Origin: Ruditapes philippinarum
Taxonomy: Eukaryota
Assembly (NCBI RefSeq): GCF_026571515.1
Contig: NW_026851649.1
Span: forward strand, 1-64,000
DNA: 64,000 nt
Direction: 5' to 3'
The notes beneath the pieces were generated by a model. It made no database searches. It had not been told where the DNA came from and worked only from the letters and a program-made list of their open reading frames with translations. Positions 10,937 to 23,183 of this stretch are shown piece by piece; positions within the stretch are counted from its first letter, which is position 1; each line of letters opens with the position of its first letter. The position numbers were made by a program, and so were the translations under genes.

Positions 10937-11433
10937 CTGAAAATAACATTAATATTGTGCAATATTGGGCTTTCTTTAATATATCTAATGTGTATTATGA
11001 GCTTTCCTATTTGGTAATAAATAAGTTTGTTAAAGGAACACCATTTAGTTTTTTTTTTTTAACATAACATGACTGAATATATTTGGGTATCATTTTATGT
11101 AGGTCTGGACCATTAACTTTTAACTGAAATCAATTTTAGTATAGCATAAAATATCAATTTTAGATTTAATTCAGAGTATCTTTCTATTACCAAGGGGCAT
11201 AACTCTAAACATATAGCTTTCATTATAGTGTCCCTTGTCTAAACAACTGCACCTTGTCATGATAATAAGTATTTCAAGTTTCATGTTGATTACTTTTAAA
11301 ATGTTTGAATTATGAATTAAATTAAAGTTTTTTGCACAACAACAATGCTGTGATAATAATAGCTTGACTTTTTCTTCAAAACAGACAATCTTAAAATGAA
11401 AATGGAACTGTAAGAAATATATAAAGTTCTCAC

Positions 11434-11704
11434 TTGAGTGCAGCTCTCTACAAATCCATACACAACTTGCCGACAACCACTAAATAAACAAGGGATATGA
11501 ATTGGTGCTTGTGTTGGAGGTGTAGCTTTGTCATTGGTCTGCATCCAATCAACATGCACGTTAGTTAAACTTAGTTGGCATGCCTTTTCAAGCTGTGAGA
11601 GTAGTTTCCCTTTCCACTGAGATTTAGTATCAGGATTAAAATGTTGATATGTACCGCCACTTACAGATGAAATACTCCGCAACAAATGATGATTTACTGT
11701 CGAG
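11434..11704 (-). CDS. PARP4-like exon: post-VWA region
   Basis: Acceptor is TTCTTTTAG|C and donor is ACTCAA|GTGAGA. The entry phase (1 nt) completes AGC with the upstream exon. Translation STVNHHLLRSISSVSGGTYQHFNPDTKSQWKGKLLSQLEKACQLSLTNVHVDWMQTNDKATPPTQAPIHIPCLFSGCRQVVYGFVESCTQ. Confidence 0.6.
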
Positions 11705-12129
11705 CTAAAAGAACATGAGGCAATAAAAGTCACGTTTAATACTGTTCAAAATTCACATGCAAGTGGCAAATAACTCCATAAATAGAAGCCAAAGAGCAAC
11801 ATGTTGTGTCCAATAGCAATGGTTGGGGGAGGGGGGGGGGGGGGTGTTAACAACTGTGGCTATATGAAAACAGTGGCTATATGAAAACAGAGGTTTATGC
11901 AATATCTATTTCTTAAAAATTTACTTCTGAATTGTTGAGAAATTCAATATCCACTTACACACACAATGGTTGTAATTATTTCCATGCACATATCTGCCAT
12001 TCAGATAACTAAGTTTTCAATACCCATAAGGGTTCTTACACTGAAATCATTATTGCAGTGTTAATATCAGGGATGGTATTACAAGTACAGATCTTGAAAC
12101 AGTAAAATTAAAGAGAAACACAAAAATAC

Positions 12130-12335
12130 CTGACTCCAAGTGAAAAAATTCTGATTTGCTGAGAAGTTTTCTGAGCAGCCAATAGAATTGAAGATTCCTG
12201 AGTCACATGACCATCAGAGATGAGAAAGAGATTCAGGCAGCTTTGATCAGCAGACGACACTGTAGCAGACGACAATATCTGTGTAGCATGAAGAGGCTCT
12301 AACAATTCTGTGGAACCTAAATTTGCAGACGCTAC
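12130..12335 (-). CDS. PARP4-like exon: VWA domain
   Basis: Acceptor is CATTTACAG|GTA and donor is GTCAG|GTATTT. Translation VASANLGSTELLEPLHATQILSS...LNLFLISDGHVTQESSILLAAQKTSQQIRIFSLGV. The LGSTELLEPL, FLISDGHV and IRIFSLGVG motifs are typical of VWA. Confidence 0.7.
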
Positions 12336-12640
12336 CTGTAAATGAGATACAGTAATCAGTGTTACCTTTACATTGCATACATTTTTTAGCAAAGAAGTAA
12401 TTGACAAAAATTTACCAAATATTTAAAAACTATATGACATATTATATGCCCGACATTTTTCTATTTTTTAAGTTCTATTTAATAGTAAAAGAAAATTATT
12501 TGCTTCAATTTTAGTGTAAATATAAGAGTAAGCACTGTATTGATCGAATTGTGTCAAATGTCTTTAGAACAACCTTCCAGAAATCATGACTACAGTGCAA
12601 TTACAAATATAAAACACTGCCATCTTGCCAAAAATATTAC

Positions 12641-12781
12641 CTGGATGAACTGTTTCGCCAACTGAGAGGAGAAGTTGTTACATGATTGAGGAGATGGAAA
12701 CAATTCTTTATATGTACTACCAAACACAACCAAGTTGAATTTGCACTGCAGCGGTAAATTGTCTATAGCTAACAGGGCCAC
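12641..12781 (-). CDS. PARP4-like exon: VWA domain
   Basis: Acceptor is CTATTTCAG|GTG and donor is ATCCAG|GTAATA. Translation VALLAIDNLPLQCKFNLVVFGSTYKELFPSPQSCNNFSSQLAKQFIQ matches human VWA5A TLILLLKSLPIGCYFNIYGFGSSYEACFPESV. Confidence 0.7.
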
Positions 12782-13317
12782 CTGAAATAGATCAACATTC
12801 ATTGCTTTATAGTTTTAGTTCATGATAAACACATATACAATGTATATTAGAAAAGACAATTATCTCAGTATGTCTGAAAATTAAAACTGGTTGGACAGTT
12901 ATTTATCATGAAATCATACTGAAAACAAAATCATAAATTTTACATTAAGAACTCTTGTATATCCTACCAGTTAACACTTAACCTGCTCAATTTGTGTAAC
13001 TGATTTGCCCAGCTTTAAATTTGAAACAGTCCATTCTAAGTTAAAGGGATTAACATATCAAAAAGACAAAATACAAAGAATTGAGCTACTGAATATACAG
13101 ATCCTGGTCAGACTACAAGGATGTGCCAGGCTTGCCTGGTTCTATACCGGTGACATCGGCTAGTCAGTTTTAGTTCAAGCAGGTTAAGAGTCTTAAAAAT
13201 ATACCATAGGAGAAACATATATATTTTTAGTAGGTAAAAAGTAGAATTTACAATATTTTCCACCATAATTATTCATAAAAACAAATAAAGACATAAAAGA
13301 TTCAATCATGTATTTAC

Positions 13318-13437
13318 CTTCTTGGCCTGTTCCTCAGGTTGGCCTTTCATTGAATTAGACATGTCTAACAGAATAATAATGTTAGCCTCAGTCACAGACT
13401 GTGTCTCAAATTCAGGGTAGAATGTCAGCATACATGC
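13318..13437 (-). CDS. PARP4-like exon: VWA domain start (MIDAS-like DxSxS)
   Basis: Acceptor is TATTACAG|GCA and donor is AAGAAG|GTAAAT. Translation ACMLTFYPEFETQSVTEANIIILLDMSNSMKGQPEEQAKK. ILLDMSNSM is the VWA motif hhhlDxSGSM. Confidence 0.7.
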
Positions 13438-13984
13438 CTGTAATACAAACATGATATACTCAATTCATAAATTAATGTAATACTATACTGTGGTATATTT
13501 TCCTATAGGTAGTGTAGACCAAGAGCTAAACCTTTTAAGAAAATAATCCCCTGAACATATTTATTGATCTAAATATCCATCAAAATGCACCTCTGACAAT
13601 CCAGAGCCAAAAATTAGCATCTTGGGGTGCATGCCCCAGACCTCTACCCCATATAATTCAACATTCCTGTAAATTTAAAATAAGCTATGCCCCTCCTGTA
13701 ATTTTGTTTAAATGTAACAGTAAAGTTTTGCTATATTGGTATAGTCCTAAAAGATAACAACCTTTAGTGTTGAAGATACAGCTCAAATCACTACATATGC
13801 GTGCATAATCTAAACCAAAAGATGAACAACATGCAATTTGAAGCCAAAAATTTTAACTTGTCTGCCAATAATTCATTTTCAAACATTTCTTATCTTTTGA
13901 AAATGACAAAGTTTGTTCTATCTTAAGGTAATTTTCTTGTCTACAAAGTTAAAATGGAAATAACACTAGACTAAAATGTCTTAC

Positions 13985-14119
13985 CTGAGTATTTTCTGTA
14001 GGATGTTTCTCCACCCACATTCTAGGAACATGGATTTCAGCCAGGTATATATACAGCTGGAAACCTTCATCAAATCTGCTCCTTCTGGGAAGGGAGACAA
14101 CTGCTTTTGTTGCTGTTTT
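13985..14119 (-). CDS. PARP4-like exon: VIT-VWA linker
   Basis: Acceptor is AATTCCAG|AAA and donor is ACTCAG|GTAAGA. The exon is 135 bp. Translation KTATKAVVSLPRRSRFDEGFQLYIYLAEIHVPRMWVEKHPTENTQ. A second frame is also open; this one was chosen by phase continuity with the neighbouring exons. Confidence 0.5.
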
Positions 14120-14431
14120 CTGGAATTATAAAGTGAGGAATCAGTAAGTTATATCCATTTCCCTGCTTCCATAACCTTTACCCTGCCAAATTTCTTAAAT
14201 GGATTTGTCCAACTTTGATTTCTAGAACTGTCCATCACCAATTTAAAGAATATTAAGATGTAGATTGAAGTTAGTCAGCCAACCTTTAAATGCCTCGTTC
14301 CGGCAGATTATGGGTTAAACCATTAATCGGTTAAACCATTATTATATTTTACAATATTTGGTGACTATTCAAGGACCAACTTTAATTGCAATTAATATAT
14401 TCAAAATTTAAAAAGAAGCTATCATAATTAC

Positions 14432-14554
14432 CTTCCACTTGACCCTGTGGGATGGTGAAAATATTCTCCTAATGTCAAATGGCATCTCTATGGCAACCAT
14501 TAGAGAAATGTCACATCTCTTGTTGTCAGACACTTTAACAGATTCAGTTGTTGC
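14432..14554 (-). CDS. PARP4-like exon: VIT-VWA region
   Basis: Acceptor is TTCACAG|GCA and donor is GGAAG|GTAATT. Translation ATTESVKVSDNKRCDISLMVAIEMPFDIRRIFSPSHRVKWK. Length 123 bp, phase 0 at both ends. Confidence 0.6.
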
Positions 14555-14989
14555 CTGTGAACATAGAAAATATATAATTTCTATACCAATCAATGTTGAT
14601 GAAAATAAAGAATGCCATTCTTAGCTTTATTAATGAAAAATGGAAATCAGAATAAACATCAAATAATATCAAAACACGAAACCGTACCAATCTGGACAAA
14701 ATCATTAGTCATAATTATGGGAAAATTTCGAAGTATTTACTGACTGAAAAGAGAACCAGCAGACCATGATCAGACAGCATGGCTGGGCAGGCTAACCTTG
14801 GTCAGCACTGGTTGCACAGGTAGAATATGTTGCCACCAGCAGGGTAAGTTATTTTTACTTATTCAATAAATGAAGGTAAATATCAATAATATTGATGCTA
14901 TTTGTTACACTAAGATAATAATTGCTACGTAATTTCTGCTTTATATGAAATTGACTACTACCCTCATGATGAATATATTTGGATGTTTG

Positions 14990-15240
14990 TTTTTTCTGGT
15001 TTTTACTACGATTTTAACACATATTTTGGTCATCACTTCTTTGTGGTCAGACTGTTCAACAGGCTTTTCTGGAAAAATTCCCAGTAATTACCAATTTTTT
15101 CACAACTTACTGACTACTAATCCTGAATGATAATGCTTTCCAAATGATTATTAGACTCAATGTCTGGGTTCAATTGTCACGGACAAATTACGCCTTGACC
15201 AAGGATCAAACTAGCCACCCCTAGATTTTTAATTTAATGC
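14990..15240 (+). mobile_element. SINE family S2, truncated copy
   Basis: The body aligns with 15700-15930 and 21360-21590. Confidence 0.45.
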
Positions 15241-15311
15241 TTTCTCTACAGTGGGACAGACTGGTCCTCAAATATTGATTTATTTCTATAGAAAAAAAAT
15301 GATTTAATCAC

Positions 15312-15476
15312 CTGTGTCTTCTGTGACAGAGCTCCATCTCGTAACCATGGAGCTACTGAAGCTGGAATAGTGAATGCAATTGCCTCCCCTTGGACCTGCA
15401 GCTCTGAGATGTATGTGATCTTGATGAGGACGTCACATTTAGGAGGTAAATTACCAACACTGACTGAGAATACATC
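15312..15476 (-). CDS. PARP4-like exon: VIT domain core
   Basis: Acceptor is TTCTTTTTCAG|GAT and donor is ACACAG|GTGATT. Translation DVFSVSVGNLPPKCDVLIKITYISELQVQGEAIAFTIPASVAPWLRDGALSQKTQ carries the VGNLPP...IKITY...P..VAPW signature of VIT domains in VWA5A/ITIH/PARP4. Confidence 0.75.
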
Positions 15477-15534
15477 CTGAAAAAGAAAATGTTTCAATTA
15501 TGAATTGATAATTCCCCTCTGAAAGAAATTAAAA

Positions 15535-15930
15535 GGGTGGCATGGCTGAGTAGTAAACACTCCAGACTAGTAATATAATGATTGTCAGCTGTGTGGGTTC
15601 AAACTCCATCAGGGGCAAGCCATCGTTTCCAATTAAACTAAAACAAATTTTGTATTATTTTGCATAATCATCTGTGAAAGCAAATTCTTTTTACTTTGTT
15701 TTTTTTCTGCTTTTTAACCCAATTTTGGTAATATTTTGGTGGAAAATCCATTTTCTGAATTTCCTGGATTTCTAAAGAGTAACTACCAATTTTTCTGCAA
15801 GTGACCGACCACTAATTACACATGATTTCTGAATCAGATGTGAGGGATAAATGATGATGAGACTTTATGTCTGAGATCAATTGTAATGGAAAAATTTCAC
15901 CTAGCCCTAGGATTGAATCAGTAACCCTTG
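15535..15930 (+). mobile_element. tRNA-derived SINE, family S2
   Basis: The head GGCATGGCTGAGTAGTAAACACTCC...GTGGGTTCAAACTCCATCAGGGG has A/B boxes. Its body shares TTTTCTGCAAGTGACCGACCA(C/A)TAAT...CATGATTTCTGAATCAG(A/C)TGTGAG(G/A)GA(T/C)AAATGA with 21380-21560 and 14990-15240. Confidence 0.55.
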
Positions 15931-16064
15931 GATTACTTTTATCCGTCACATGGTTAGCAGCAAAACAAAACTACATAAAAACGCTGTTTAATCGGGGAAA
16001 AGTAAGAATTAAACCATTTAAATAATCTAAAAACATGATCAAAGCAGGATAAATCAAATACGTA

Positions 16065-16186
16065 GTTGATGTCTGGATAGGAGAAGGTTTATCCGGTTTG
16101 CTGTGAAAGTGAATCTTGGCTCGCTAAAGCTCGCCAAGATACACTTTCTCGCTCACCGGATAAACCTTCTCCATCCCAACATCAAC
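16065..16186. mobile_element. Palindromic MITE (~120 bp) with ~33-bp TIRs
   Basis: GTTGATGTCTGGATAGGAGAAGGTTTATCCGGT at the left end pairs with ACCGGATAAACCTTCTCCATCCCAACATCAAC at the right end. Confidence 0.7.
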
Positions 16187-16278
16187 CATGTATTCTCTAT
16201 ATCCAACACTCTCCTCCTTGAGTTAAGATGGCAGATTTCTATATTTAGAATGTGATATAAAACACAGATAATTCTTAC

Positions 16279-16370
16279 AGGTGTCTCTTCTTCCATTAGG
16301 TATGCCCCATCACCCCTGGCAACAGCTTCTTTATATTCCTTCCTAGCTTTACTCTTCTCTTTAACTTCAC
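16279..16370 (-). CDS. PARP4-like exon: VIT domain
   Basis: Acceptor is TTTTGTAG|GT and donor is ACACCT|GTAAGA. Translation (G)EVKEKSKARKEYKEAVARGDGAYLMEEETP is the conserved VIT motif K.EYE.A...G.AyLLEe. The 1+2 split codon with the upstream exon closes as GGT. Confidence 0.7.
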
Positions 16371-16755
16371 CTACAAAATGTTAAATGGAAAAATCAATCA
16401 GTAAATCATTTTTACCATTTCAATTTTTGGAATTCTATCATAGCAACTTAAGGTCTTGTCAGTTGAAAATACATATTTTAAAACCTAGAATTACGATATG
16501 AGCTGCCTGAAAGTGTTGATATAAAAGTTGATTACTTCAAATAACTTAACACATTATCAACAAAACAATTATCATGTTATCATTATCATGTTTTCCTAGG
16601 TAAAGCTATCCTTAAATGATTCTTAACCATCAAGTAAATTTACTTTCAGCAATTAATGGGGCCAATCCATCATGGAAACTGCTTGAGTTGGTTGAATTTT
16701 TAGGATTTTATTTCTGAATTATTGTAACTCTTATCAACAATTTTTTAATGTATAC

Positions 16756-16882
16756 CTATCACATGTTTTCCGTTAATGAAAGCCTCAAATCCACATACTG
16801 CTGCTGTATCATCCAATGGGAACACATACTTGGCCTCTATAGCAGTTGTACTGTCATTTCTGTATGCTTGTAGAACCACAAC
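16756..16882 (-). CDS. PARP4-like exon: VIT domain start
   Basis: Acceptor is TATTGATAG|GTT and donor is GTGATAG|GTATAC. Translation VVVLQAYRNDSTTAIEAKYVFPLDDTAAVCGFEAFINGKHVI(G) matches human VWA5A VSATLNYENEEKVPLEAFFVFPMDEDSAVYSFEALVDGKKIV. Confidence 0.75.
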
Positions 16883-16918
16883 CTATCAATATATAAAAGA
16901 TATAGAGAATAATAGGTT

Positions 16919-17035
16919 GGTGCCATGGATTGAGAAAGTTTATCTGGCGAGGCGGAGGAATTTATTGGGGTCGCCTTCGGCTCACCCAATAAATTCCGGA
17001 GCAGAGCCAGATAAACTTTCTCCATCCACGACACC
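16919..17035. mobile_element. Palindromic MITE, same family as 16065-16186
   Basis: GGTGCCATGGATTGAGAAAGTTTATCTGGC at the left pairs with GCCAGATAAACTTTCTCCATCCACGACACC at the right. The core GGAT(A/G)GAGAA(G/A)GTTTATC(C/T)GG is shared with the first copy. Confidence 0.7.
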
Positions 17036-17924
17036 AATCTATTATTCTACTTATCCTGTCACCGTTTTTTTTAAAGAATTTTATTAGGCAAACTACCTTT
17101 AATCACACTATCGGAAAATGTTTCTATATAAACAAAGAAGGCCCGAAGCGTGCATTATTCTACAACAATGCACTCGCCGTTCTTATTATCTCCCTGTGTA
17201 TTTTTACATCGAGGGCGCCATTTTGTTTGAAAAATGTGATAAATAAAAACATTTTTTTGTTGAATTTTGTTGTGAAAACTATCTAGAATGAAAGAAAATG
17301 GTCTAACTAAGAAAATGAATTCGAACAACAATATCTTTTATTGAGTCGTTAACGCTGTACAGACGTTTAAAGTATTGTTTACGTGACGTCATAATGTAGC
17401 GCAAAACAGCACGTGTCAAACAATCTAATCAACTATTTATATGCTGCAAACGAGTAAGTTTTACAATTATTTCACTTTTAATAATTTGTATTTCGCTTGA
17501 AAAATTATAGAGTGAAATAAAATAAACAAAGTTTTATCAACATTTCCAAAATTCGTTATTCTACACACAGAAGATTTAACGACAGTTTTTATATTTTTTT
17601 CTTGAAAAGTAGTCCGGCAAACATGCATACCACATTATCAAGTGCCGTAGATCAGTAAAAATATACGGCACCTTGTTATCGGGCCGAAATTGATACAAGT
17701 GACAGGATAAAAACTATTATATAACAGATAAACCTAAAATGACTGGATGGGAACCCCAGGACTTCAGAACATGATGTTGACTGGGCAGCTGATAAACAAA
17801 CACATGATAATGCTGTCTCAATTTAAACATTATTCATTTTAATTTGTCAGTTTGTTTCTAGGAACTAACAAGTACTGTTGACATAAGAAGAAACATGGTT
17901 GTGGCCCCTGTATGGGCTCAAACC

Positions 17925-18610
17925 TCATTTACACCATGCCATATAGCTTTACCCCATGCCAAAAAGCTTTATATCATACCATATTTCCCTACACCATTCC
18001 ATATAGCTTTACATTATGCCATACAGCTTTACACTATACCATATTGCTTTACACTATGCCATATAGCTTTACACTATGCCATACAGCTTTACACCATGCC
18101 ATATAGCTTTACACTATGCCATATAGCTTTACCCATACCATGTAGCTTTACACCACGCCATATAGCTTAACACCATGTCATATAGCTTTACTCCATGCCA
18201 TATAGTTTTACTCCATGCCATATAGCTTTACACCATATAGCTTTACTCCATGCCATATAGCTTTACACTATGCCATATAGCTTTACTCCATACCATGTAG
18301 CTTTACACCATGCCATATAGCTTAACACTATGTCATATAGCTTTACTCCATGCCATATAGTTTTACTCCATGCCATATAGCTTCACACAATATAGCTTTA
18401 CTCCATGCCATTGCCATTTAGCTTTATCCCATGCCATACAGTCCATGTCATATTTCTTCATATCATGCCATATTTCTTTATCCCTTGCCATATAACTGTA
18501 CACCATGCCATATAGCTTAATCCCATGCCATATTGCTTTATCCCATGTCATATAGCCCATGCCATATTTCTTAATATCATGCCATATTTCTTTTAACCAT
18601 GCCATGTAAC
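17925..18610. repeat. 21-bp minisatellite, consensus CATGCCATATAGCTTTACAC(C/T), about 32 copies
   Basis: Direct tandem repetition, period 21. The periodicity produces the spurious ORFs 17895-18170, 17912-18106 and 18363-18605. Confidence 0.9.
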
Positions 18611-18766
18611 CTTACATGAGTTAAGAGGGTTTGCACACATCACATTATTTCTTAATAATTAATTATGACCAAAACTTTATACTTTTGCATACTGAAAGAC
18701 AAGAATGTATCCTGCATAAAAATAATTCAGATAATGATTTTTATGGTAATATAATAATATACAAAC

Positions 18767-18897
18767 CTTGGCCACCATGTCCATCATTTTTCCTCTGATA
18801 TGTACACTTTTAAGAGGGATATGTTCCTTCTTGTTACCTTGTAATCCTGCTTTAACCTTGGCAAGAGGATCTTGAACATCTTTAATATCTGAGATAT
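18767..18897 (-). CDS. PARP4-like exon: linker into the VIT domain
   Basis: Acceptor is CCTTTTAG|AT and donor is GCCAAG|GTTTGT. Translation (D)ISDIKDVQDPLAKVKAGLQGNKKEHIPLKSVHIRGKMMDMVAK. HIPLKS matches human VWA5A PVPLKS. The phase fits both neighbouring exons. Confidence 0.6.
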
Positions 18898-19437
18898 CTA
18901 AAAGGGAAATAACCTATGTGTTTCTTCTAAAATTATGCAATACAAATACATCTTAATGTGAAATCTTCTGAAATGTATGGGTAACAATCTCGTTTTACTT
19001 AAAATTTAGATAATCTTACTTTTGTATCACCGAAACAATCTGAGATTATGTAAAAATGAAACAATCTACATAAACTGAATAATCTGAAATTATCTAAAAT
19101 GAAGTTTGATTCTTTGTGTGAATCTAATATATGCAAATTAGGTTTCTACTGTATTTCCCGCCATTTACAAGTGAAATTTACAACAAAAGAAGTTTGATAT
19201 ATATATTTATATGAATGTTGTAAAGTCTACTATATGAATGTTGATAAGTCTACTTAGTTACTAGACAATGGAAACGTTCATTCTCCAACTAATGTTAACT
19301 GGATATTTTGTGCTTAAAACTTTTGTTCATGTACCATGATATTGTATATTCAATATGCTATACAAATATATGTTGTAAAGACTATGTACTAAACGTCAAT
19401 AAATCATTTATCTATCTATAATAATGAATTCACTTAC

Positions 19438-19621
19438 CAATATCAGTATTTGAAGAAGTCTGAGGTTGAGTGTCCTGATTTGTGACCTCTAAACCTTTCA
19501 GTACCTGTAGATCTCCATCTCTTATAGTTGGGTGTTCTGTAATATTGTCTCCCGGTAGAGAAAACTCAACCAGGTATTTCACACACTGTTGACTTGGGTT
19601 GTATATAACAAATTCATTATC
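19438..19621 (-). CDS. PARP4-like exon: end of catalytic domain (Glu of triad) plus linker
   Basis: Acceptor is TTGTTTTAG|GAT and donor is GATATTG|GTAAGTG. Translation DNEFVIYNPSQQCVKYLVEFSLPG... matches the PARP signature [22 protein letters not shown]. Confidence 0.7.
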
Positions 19622-20317
19622 CTAAAACAAACAATTTTAAGGTTTAAATGGGTATGCTTCCATAAACATGTTGCATAAAATATATCTTCAAGAATCAAAC
19701 TTAAGAAAAATATAATTCTAACTTAAACAAGAGTGTTAATGCAGTGCTAATGCTCTAGTGTAAAAAATCTCAAGTTAAAAAAAATAACTCCAAAAATATT
19801 TTTTCAGAATTATGCGCCTTGTCTTACCACTGCACATTGTCATAATTGTCCTAATAAGAAAATATTCTAAGTTTTATGTAAATAATTTGAAAATTGATAT
19901 AATGGGCTAAATTTATGTTTTTGCAACAAAGACAACAACACCACAGTAATCAAAAGCTCAACATTTCTTTGAAACAGACAAGCTTAAAATGTATAAATAT
20001 TCATATCCCAAGTGAAACTTTGAACCTATGATGAAAAATTACTTATATGGTTTCTATATCACATTATATCCTATACAGTTCTAAAAAGCACTGATCTGAT
20101 TGGCTGATAAGCATTGATGTCACAAGTTTGCAAGACTACTTGTAGACCCCTAAGATATGTAGACTTGATGGTCATTTCCACATATAACTGCAAGCAAGTC
20201 AAAATATCCTGAAATATCCTGAAGTCAAAACTTCCTTGAGTCAAAACATCCCAAAAACACAATGTTTTGACAATATATCATATAAAATAACAGCCAAAAA
20301 CTTATCCTTAATATTAC

Positions 20318-20501
20318 CTCAAATGAGCTCTGGTTGTCATTTGATGATTTCACACCTTGTACACAGTCAAAACCTTCAGGGGCTGATGTAATAGTGAAGT
20401 CAGTCTGGTACATTTTACAACAGTGTCCTAGAGATACGTTACACAGCAACATAAACCTAGTACCAGTCTGGGAATTTGCTGTAGAGTACTGGGAGCTTTT
20501 T
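20318..20501 (-). CDS. PARP4-like exon: catalytic domain
   Basis: Acceptor is TTATTTCAG|A and donor is TTTGAG|GTAATA. Translation KSSQYSTANSQTGTRFMLLCNVSLGHCCKMYQTDFTITSAPEGFDCVQGVKSSNDNQSSFE matches PARP1 [25 protein letters not shown]...VPLGTGISSGVNDTSL. Confidence 0.7.
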
Positions 20502-21117
20502 CTGAAATAATTTTGAAATACACATGTATATTATTTGATTTTTGATGGGTTATATGGCCATAAACAAAAGCTGCCATTAAGACAGCATACTTGACTATTC
20601 TCAGCGCTTGATAGTAAAACAAGACCTAAAAAAGAGTCAAAATTTTAACAAAATCCATGTTAAGAGTTATTGGCCTTAATCAGTGGCCTTCTATAATGCT
20701 CTAAAATAAGCGTGCAAGTTTTTAACCCATCTCTTATAGTAGTTTTGGAGATACAAACTTCACCAAAGATGACGCTGCCACTGACCCTGGGATGAATTCA
20801 ATAGCTCTCCCTATTCTCTGAATAATTGAGCTAAAGCATCTAAAGCATCTATTTCTCTATGGCAACTTCTGCAACAAGTGCTTGAGTAAGACAGTGTGCC
20901 AAGTTAAGAGTATGGACCTTGGTCAGTGACCTCCTATTATACTCTCAAATAAGTGAGTGAAGTTTCAACTCATTCCCTTCAATAGTTAAGGAGATACTAA
21001 ATTGCACACAAAAATTAACAAGAGTGTGATGCAGACAACAAGGCCTTGGTGAGTACAATAGCTCTCCCTATTTTTTAAATTTTATCGAGTTAAAAAGAGA
21101 TATGACTGTAAACTTAC

Positions 21118-21216
21118 CCAGGATTATCTGAGAAGTATATCCCAGCACCAAGGTTTCCAACATCTGTTCTTGCAACACCCATTTTGTCTGCTACCATATT
21201 GGGCATTAATAAACCC
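21118..21216 (-). CDS. PARP4-like exon: catalytic domain (Tyr of triad, GIYFSD)
   Basis: Acceptor is GTTTGTTTACAG|GGG and donor is CCTGG|GTAAGT. Translation (R)GLLMPNMVADKMGVARTDVGNLGAGIYFSDNPG matches PARP1 [29 protein letters not shown]. Phases join the neighbouring exons. Confidence 0.7.
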
Positions 21217-21329
21217 CTGTAAACAAACAATGATTTACTGAAAAAACATATTTCACTACTCTTTATGTACAGGTCAATTATACTACATGTATAACAAAGA
21301 GCCACAAATATCTTCTTTTATGATCCTGC

Positions 21330-21595
21330 ACAAACAGTTTATTATTGGTATTTTTGTTTGTTTTTCTGTTCATAAGGCCAATTTTACATATGTGTGGTCA
21401 TTTTTCAACAAACACCCACCGAACAGGACTTTTCTGGATAACTAACAAGTAGTCAAAAATTTCTCTGCAAGTGACTGACCAATAATCATCCATGATTTCT
21501 GAATCAGCTGTGAGAGACAAATGACTGTTAGACTCAATTGTCACATTGACTTAGGATCCAACAAGCATCCCCATGAATACTAATCAGATGCTCTC
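21330..21595 (+). mobile_element. SINE family S2, copy
   Basis: The body aligns with 15700-15930. Confidence 0.5.
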
Positions 21596-22338
21596 CCTAT
21601 TGAGCTTTTTGATAATAGGTAAAAGCATGAACAATCAAATCGATATTGCTATTCAATCTCCCTCCCTTCGTCTACATTCTAGAATTTTTATATTCAACAA
21701 AGCAGGTGATGCCCCATACTTCACCAGATTTGTGAAATTGTTTTCTCTGGTTTTCTGGATCATTGGTTCCAAATACTTACAGTGTTGACGGGGTGTGAGT
21801 GATTTGCACACTTGCCCCAAAGTTTGGAAATTTGCTAAATGTATTTCAAATGCAGTCTAAAGCTTGTTTCAATAAAAACTGCAACAATAAAGACATTATT
21901 ATTGAATTAATGCATTATAATTAAACATATTACAGCTTAAAGTACATTTAATATACATTTAGCAAATGATTAAACTGAGAGGGAAATGTCGACTTTACAT
22001 TTCCATGGGGGGAGGGCAAAATTTTAATTGATGCATTTTTTTACTGCAGGGAGTGGGTGGGTATCAAGTGTCCTGGAGGGCAAATGTCCCGTATATCTGA
22101 CAATAACTGAATCTTGTAATGAAGAGTTTATAATATCAGAAAACTGATTATTACACTGTCCCCTAACTTGAGCATTATAATGGGTATGCTAGTGGAAAAT
22201 AAAAATTTAGCTTCTATAATTAAAAAAAATTCCTACTGTTTTCTTTCTTAATGGACATCGCACAAGACATAAATTAAAATGGTACTGAATCTAAAACACA
22301 AAATGATAAAATAAAACTGTCTCAAATATTCAGCAAAC

Positions 22339-22634
22339 CTTGACAAAATTCCAAGCATGTTGTGACAGGGTGAAGCATGACTCAGCAGATTTATATTTCC
22401 CACATCCGACATAAAGTTCACCTCTTCCACAGTCCGCCTGACTCTGTATAAACCATGTATCTTTCCTCTATCTTTAGCTAGCTTCTCTTCCAAGATCTTG
22501 TAAATTTCTGCTGAGTCAGCATCAGACTGGTTTACATATTTTATATGACATCCCATGGCTCTGTATTTAGCAATAACTGTAGTATCAGGGGACCAGTCTG
22601 TGGCTTTACTTACAGCAACAATATCTGATAAAAG
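22339..22634 (-). CDS. PARP4-like exon: PARP catalytic domain N-part (His of catalytic triad)
   Basis: Acceptor is GGGTTTTTATTTTGGACAG|CTT and donor is TCAAG|GTTTGC. Translation includes IKYVNQSDADSAEIYKILEEKLAKDRGKIHGLYRVRRTVEEVNFMSDVGNINLLSHASPCHNMLGILS. This matches PARP1 IKVVDRDSEEAEIIRKYV...[20 protein letters not shown]. Confidence 0.7.
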
Positions 22635-23183
22635 CTGTCCAAAATAAAAACCCAAATTATGTCCAGACAGGTCTTGACTGTAAATGATTTTCAATTAACT
22701 GAATTATTTATAACCTAACTTACATGAATAAACTTTAAAGTCACTTCAAAAACATTAAGCTGGAAGAAAAAGTCATCAATTTTGTCCCAAAATGATAAAA
22801 AAAATTTGCATCATAAGTTGCGTTATTGAGTGTTCTAACATTTTTGCATGCACAAAGCGTTTTACACACTATAGCCATAACTGTTTGAGAAAGACTCCAG
22901 GTGTATTTCTACAATTCCACAATATATGTGTAAGGCAATGCCACTCCCAGTTTGTGAGTTTAACAACCACATTATTATAGACAACTTCTTTATTCAACTT
23001 ATCACAAGTTTAAAATGTTAACCTTTTATAAGGGAGGGCCCACACTAATGCTAATATAACTTTCAGCTCAACCCTTTTTTGTATATTGCATAAAAGTACA
23101 CACGGTTAGATAACAAATAAAATATTTTTTTAACTTTCTTGAGACATATGTACATATATTGCATAACAAGACTTAGCTTTTAC

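Noticed and set aside
17895-18605. ORFs 17895-18170 (+), 17912-18106 (+) and 18363-18605 (-) with repetitive Y/P/H/A-rich translations
   Set aside because: They are artefacts of reading through the 21-bp minisatellite CATGCCATATAGCTTTACAC(C/T). The ORF exists in several frames because of the periodicity.
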